Of a stretch of DNA of 64,000 nt, positions 62,185-64,000 are shown piece after piece. Source of the DNA: Sedimentisphaerales bacterium (GTDB lineage Bacteria; Planctomycetota; Phycisphaerae; Sedimentisphaerales; Anaerobacaceae); contig OY970194.1 in NCBI GenBank assembly GCA_963708075.1, forward strand, positions 2,848,001 to 2,912,000, in the 5' to 3' direction. Below the pieces are notes generated by a model, which was not told where the DNA came from, ran no database searches, and was given only the letters and a program-made list of their open reading frames with translations. The translations under genes and the position numbers were made by a program. How positions within the stretch are numbered: the stretch's first letter is position 1; each line of letters begins with the position of its first letter.

Positions 62185-62543
62185 TCCAACCGTCTCCTTC
62201 ATGCCTTTTTTCGTGTCCCCAACCGCCCTTTTTCGCTACGGATAGTGACGCGACGAAGCAACGGCATCGTCGGATTCACCCCGGTGGGCGTAGGTGTTTC
62301 AATCGCGAACAAAGGCGGTAACTATACCCTGTCCCCCACCCCTTGTCAATGCTCAAAAAGGGGTGATTTTGCCCCCCCGCCAGCCCCGGGCGATGGAACA
62401 CTGGAATAGTAGAATCGTGGGTAGGCAGAGCCTGCCGTTGACGCTTTCCCAATCGTAAATCACAGATCGCAAATCGTACTTCGCACCGTCCCCCATCGCC
62501 CGATCCGCACCTCCAAGGGCTCGGCCCGAGATTTCTTTTGCAC

Positions 62544-62572
62544 TTGACGTAGCTACATTTCGTATATACACT
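62544..62572 (+). promoter_or_regulatory. Sigma70-like promoter of the brnTA locus (probably leaderless)
   Basis: TTGACG-N17-TACACT ending 6 nt before ATG 62579. Confidence 0.6.
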
Positions 62573-62578
62573 ATACAT

Positions 62579-62644
62579 ATGACGTTCGTATGGGACGAAA
62601 AGAAGAACCGGGAGAACATCCGAAAGCACGGAATCGACTTATGA
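62579..62644 (+). pseudogene. BrnT toxin remnant (21 aa)
   Basis: MTFVWDEKKNRENIRKHGIDL* is the canonical BrnT N-terminus; its stop overlaps the brnA ATG. Confidence 0.8.
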
Positions 62645-62907
62645 GACAGACCAGTATTACAAAGGAATCCCGCACTAATTGGCGCAAGCTCGCCACGACG
62701 GCAGACGACAAAGTCGATACGTCGGACATCCCCGAGCTGGACGAGGCCTTCTTCCGCGACGCGAAACTGCGCCTGCCGAAAGCCAAACGGCTGGTCTCGC
62801 TCCGCATCGACAGCGACGTCCTGGACTGGTTCAAACGTCAGGGAAAGGGCTACCAGACCCGAATGAACGCCGTCCTGCGAGCCTACGTCCGCGCGCACAG
62901 TCGATAG
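62641..62907 (+). CDS. BrnA family antitoxin
   Basis: DTSDIPELDEAFF..VSLRIDSDVLDWFK..GKGYQTRMNAVLRAYV. Confidence 0.92.
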   Translation: MRQTSITKESRTNWRKLATTADDKVDTSDIPELDEAFFRDAKLRLPKAKRLVSLRIDSDVLDWFKRQGKGYQTRMNAVLRAYVRAHSR

Positions 62908-63030
62908 ACCCTTGAGGATTGCCTCGCATGAAGGCGTCGTAGCTTGCTACTGCACGCGTACGCCTGGAATTCCCGAATTGCCTGAACGTTGGGCTTGGCA
63001 GTCACATATAAGAACTTGTATAATTTGCGC

Positions 63031-63123
63031 ATGATGGCGAAGCCATTGAATTTCGTCGGGTCGAGCCGACAGGATATCGAGCTGGCTCGACACAGGTACA
63101 AACAAATAAGGAGCAGCCCATGA
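63031..63123 (+). pseudogene. Internally deleted RelE/Gp49-like toxin (30 aa)
   Basis: MMAKPLNFVGSS|RQDIELARHRYKQIRSSP*: family N-terminus fused to family C-terminus; ATGA overlap with the antitoxin. Confidence 0.75.
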
Positions 63124-63404
63124 GCGAGAAGGTAACTGGCTCTTCCGGCAACATATTCGTCGATCTGGGCTTCTCGCCTGACGAGACTGCGGTTTTGCAG
63201 ATGCGCGCCGATCTCATGGCCGACCTGCGGAAAGTCATCAAGGCCAGGAAGCTGACCCAGGCCAAGGCCGCCAAAATCCTCAAGGTCAGTCAGTCCCGCG
63301 TGTCCGATCTCATGACAGGCAAATGTGAAAAGTTCAGCCTGGAAATGCTCATCACGCTCGCCACGAGAGCCGGAATCCACGTCAGTCTCAAGACCGCCGC
63401 ATAG
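63120..63404 (+). CDS. XRE-family HTH antitoxin (HigA-like)
   Basis: SSGNIFVDLGF..LTQAKAAKILKVSQSRVSDLMTGK..KFSLEML. Confidence 0.9.
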   Translation: MSEKVTGSSGNIFVDLGFSPDETAVLQMRADLMADLRKVIKARKLTQAKAAKILKVSQSRVSDLMTGKCEKFSLEMLITLATRAGIHVSLKTAA

Positions 63405-63563
63405 GAATCACGACCGCAATAGTCATTTGACCGTTTCGAACAGAATAGGACCCGTACGTCCCTATTATCCGTCTCCGCTACACCGAATTGAGAAGCCCGC
63501 CCAATTTCAAGAATGTGAAATGTGTAGGTGTGACCCTCCTCCCTTCCCGGGAATGTGGCCTCC

Positions 63564-64000
63564 TTAGTGATGAAGATCATCGCTTACTGGTATGAAACGA
63601 GACACATGGCAGAAGCCTCGTCCATAGTCAAGCGATTGGTGATCCCACCCGGATGAGTACGTATGAAGGCTTGATATTTGATCAGTCAAGCCTTTGAACA
63701 TAATAGATGCATAGACGAATTTGTCACAGGTGATGATTGTCCGCCGGTTAAACTCCGAAACCTCACGCTCGCCAATGATCTGATGCGATGGCATATCTCG
63801 CCAAGACGCGAGGAGCAGAAACCGCCTCGTGAGAGGGATAGCAACCTCTACCTCTTTGTCAAGCAATCCTACCCCGTATGGTCTCCTGGCTTCGTAGTTC
63901 GGGACATAGAGAGACACCGGTGAATCGCAAGTTACGAATTCAGCGCCGTCAGCAGCTTCGATAAGGGAATAGGACATCCCTGCAAGAATGCCTGGATCCT
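63564..64000 (-). CDS. DUF4238-like protein, C-terminal part (5' end beyond window)
   Basis: FVTCDSPV, EVAIPLT, VSEFNRRTI..KFVYA; AT-richer than the host background. Confidence 0.65.
   Translation of the reverse strand, partial: DPGILAGMSYSLIEAADGAEFVTCDSPVSLYVPNYEARRPYGVGLLDKEVEVAIPLTRRFLLLASWRDMPSHQIIGEREVSEFNRRTIITCDKFVYASIMFKGLTDQISSLHTYSSGWDHQSLDYGRGFCHVSRFIPVSDDLHH

Overview
GC-rich bacterial chromosomal window, most likely Planctomycetota (Phycisphaerae/Sedimentisphaerales-like). This is inferred from a HYExAFE protein, a VPAP-type sorting-tail protein and lineage-typical secreted proteins. Housekeeping content: hisS, bamD-lptE-ftsH-dsbD-nth-LOG, glpK-glpF, ppdK, tRNA-His and a Gld-like ABC operon. 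Accessory content: five toxin-antitoxin loci (two with deleted toxins), an ISKra4-type IS and an IS4 with clear terminal IRs and target duplications, and many REP-like palindromes and heptamer-repeat hairpins. Two signals stand out. (1) A ~4.8 kb segment (50377-55201) bounded by TAGAG begins with a structured non-coding leader resembling an IS110 left end (bridge-RNA region). It carries an HD-domain/Hsp90-like ATPase gene where the recombinase would be, and an IS4 is nested in the leader. The IS110 assignment is from recalled resemblance, not a search. (2) Five +1 frameshifts, one in essential hisS, all fall on GGT(T)CTC/GAGA(A)CC, probably a base-calling footprint of methylation at GGTCTC. 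All product calls come from motif recognition only.
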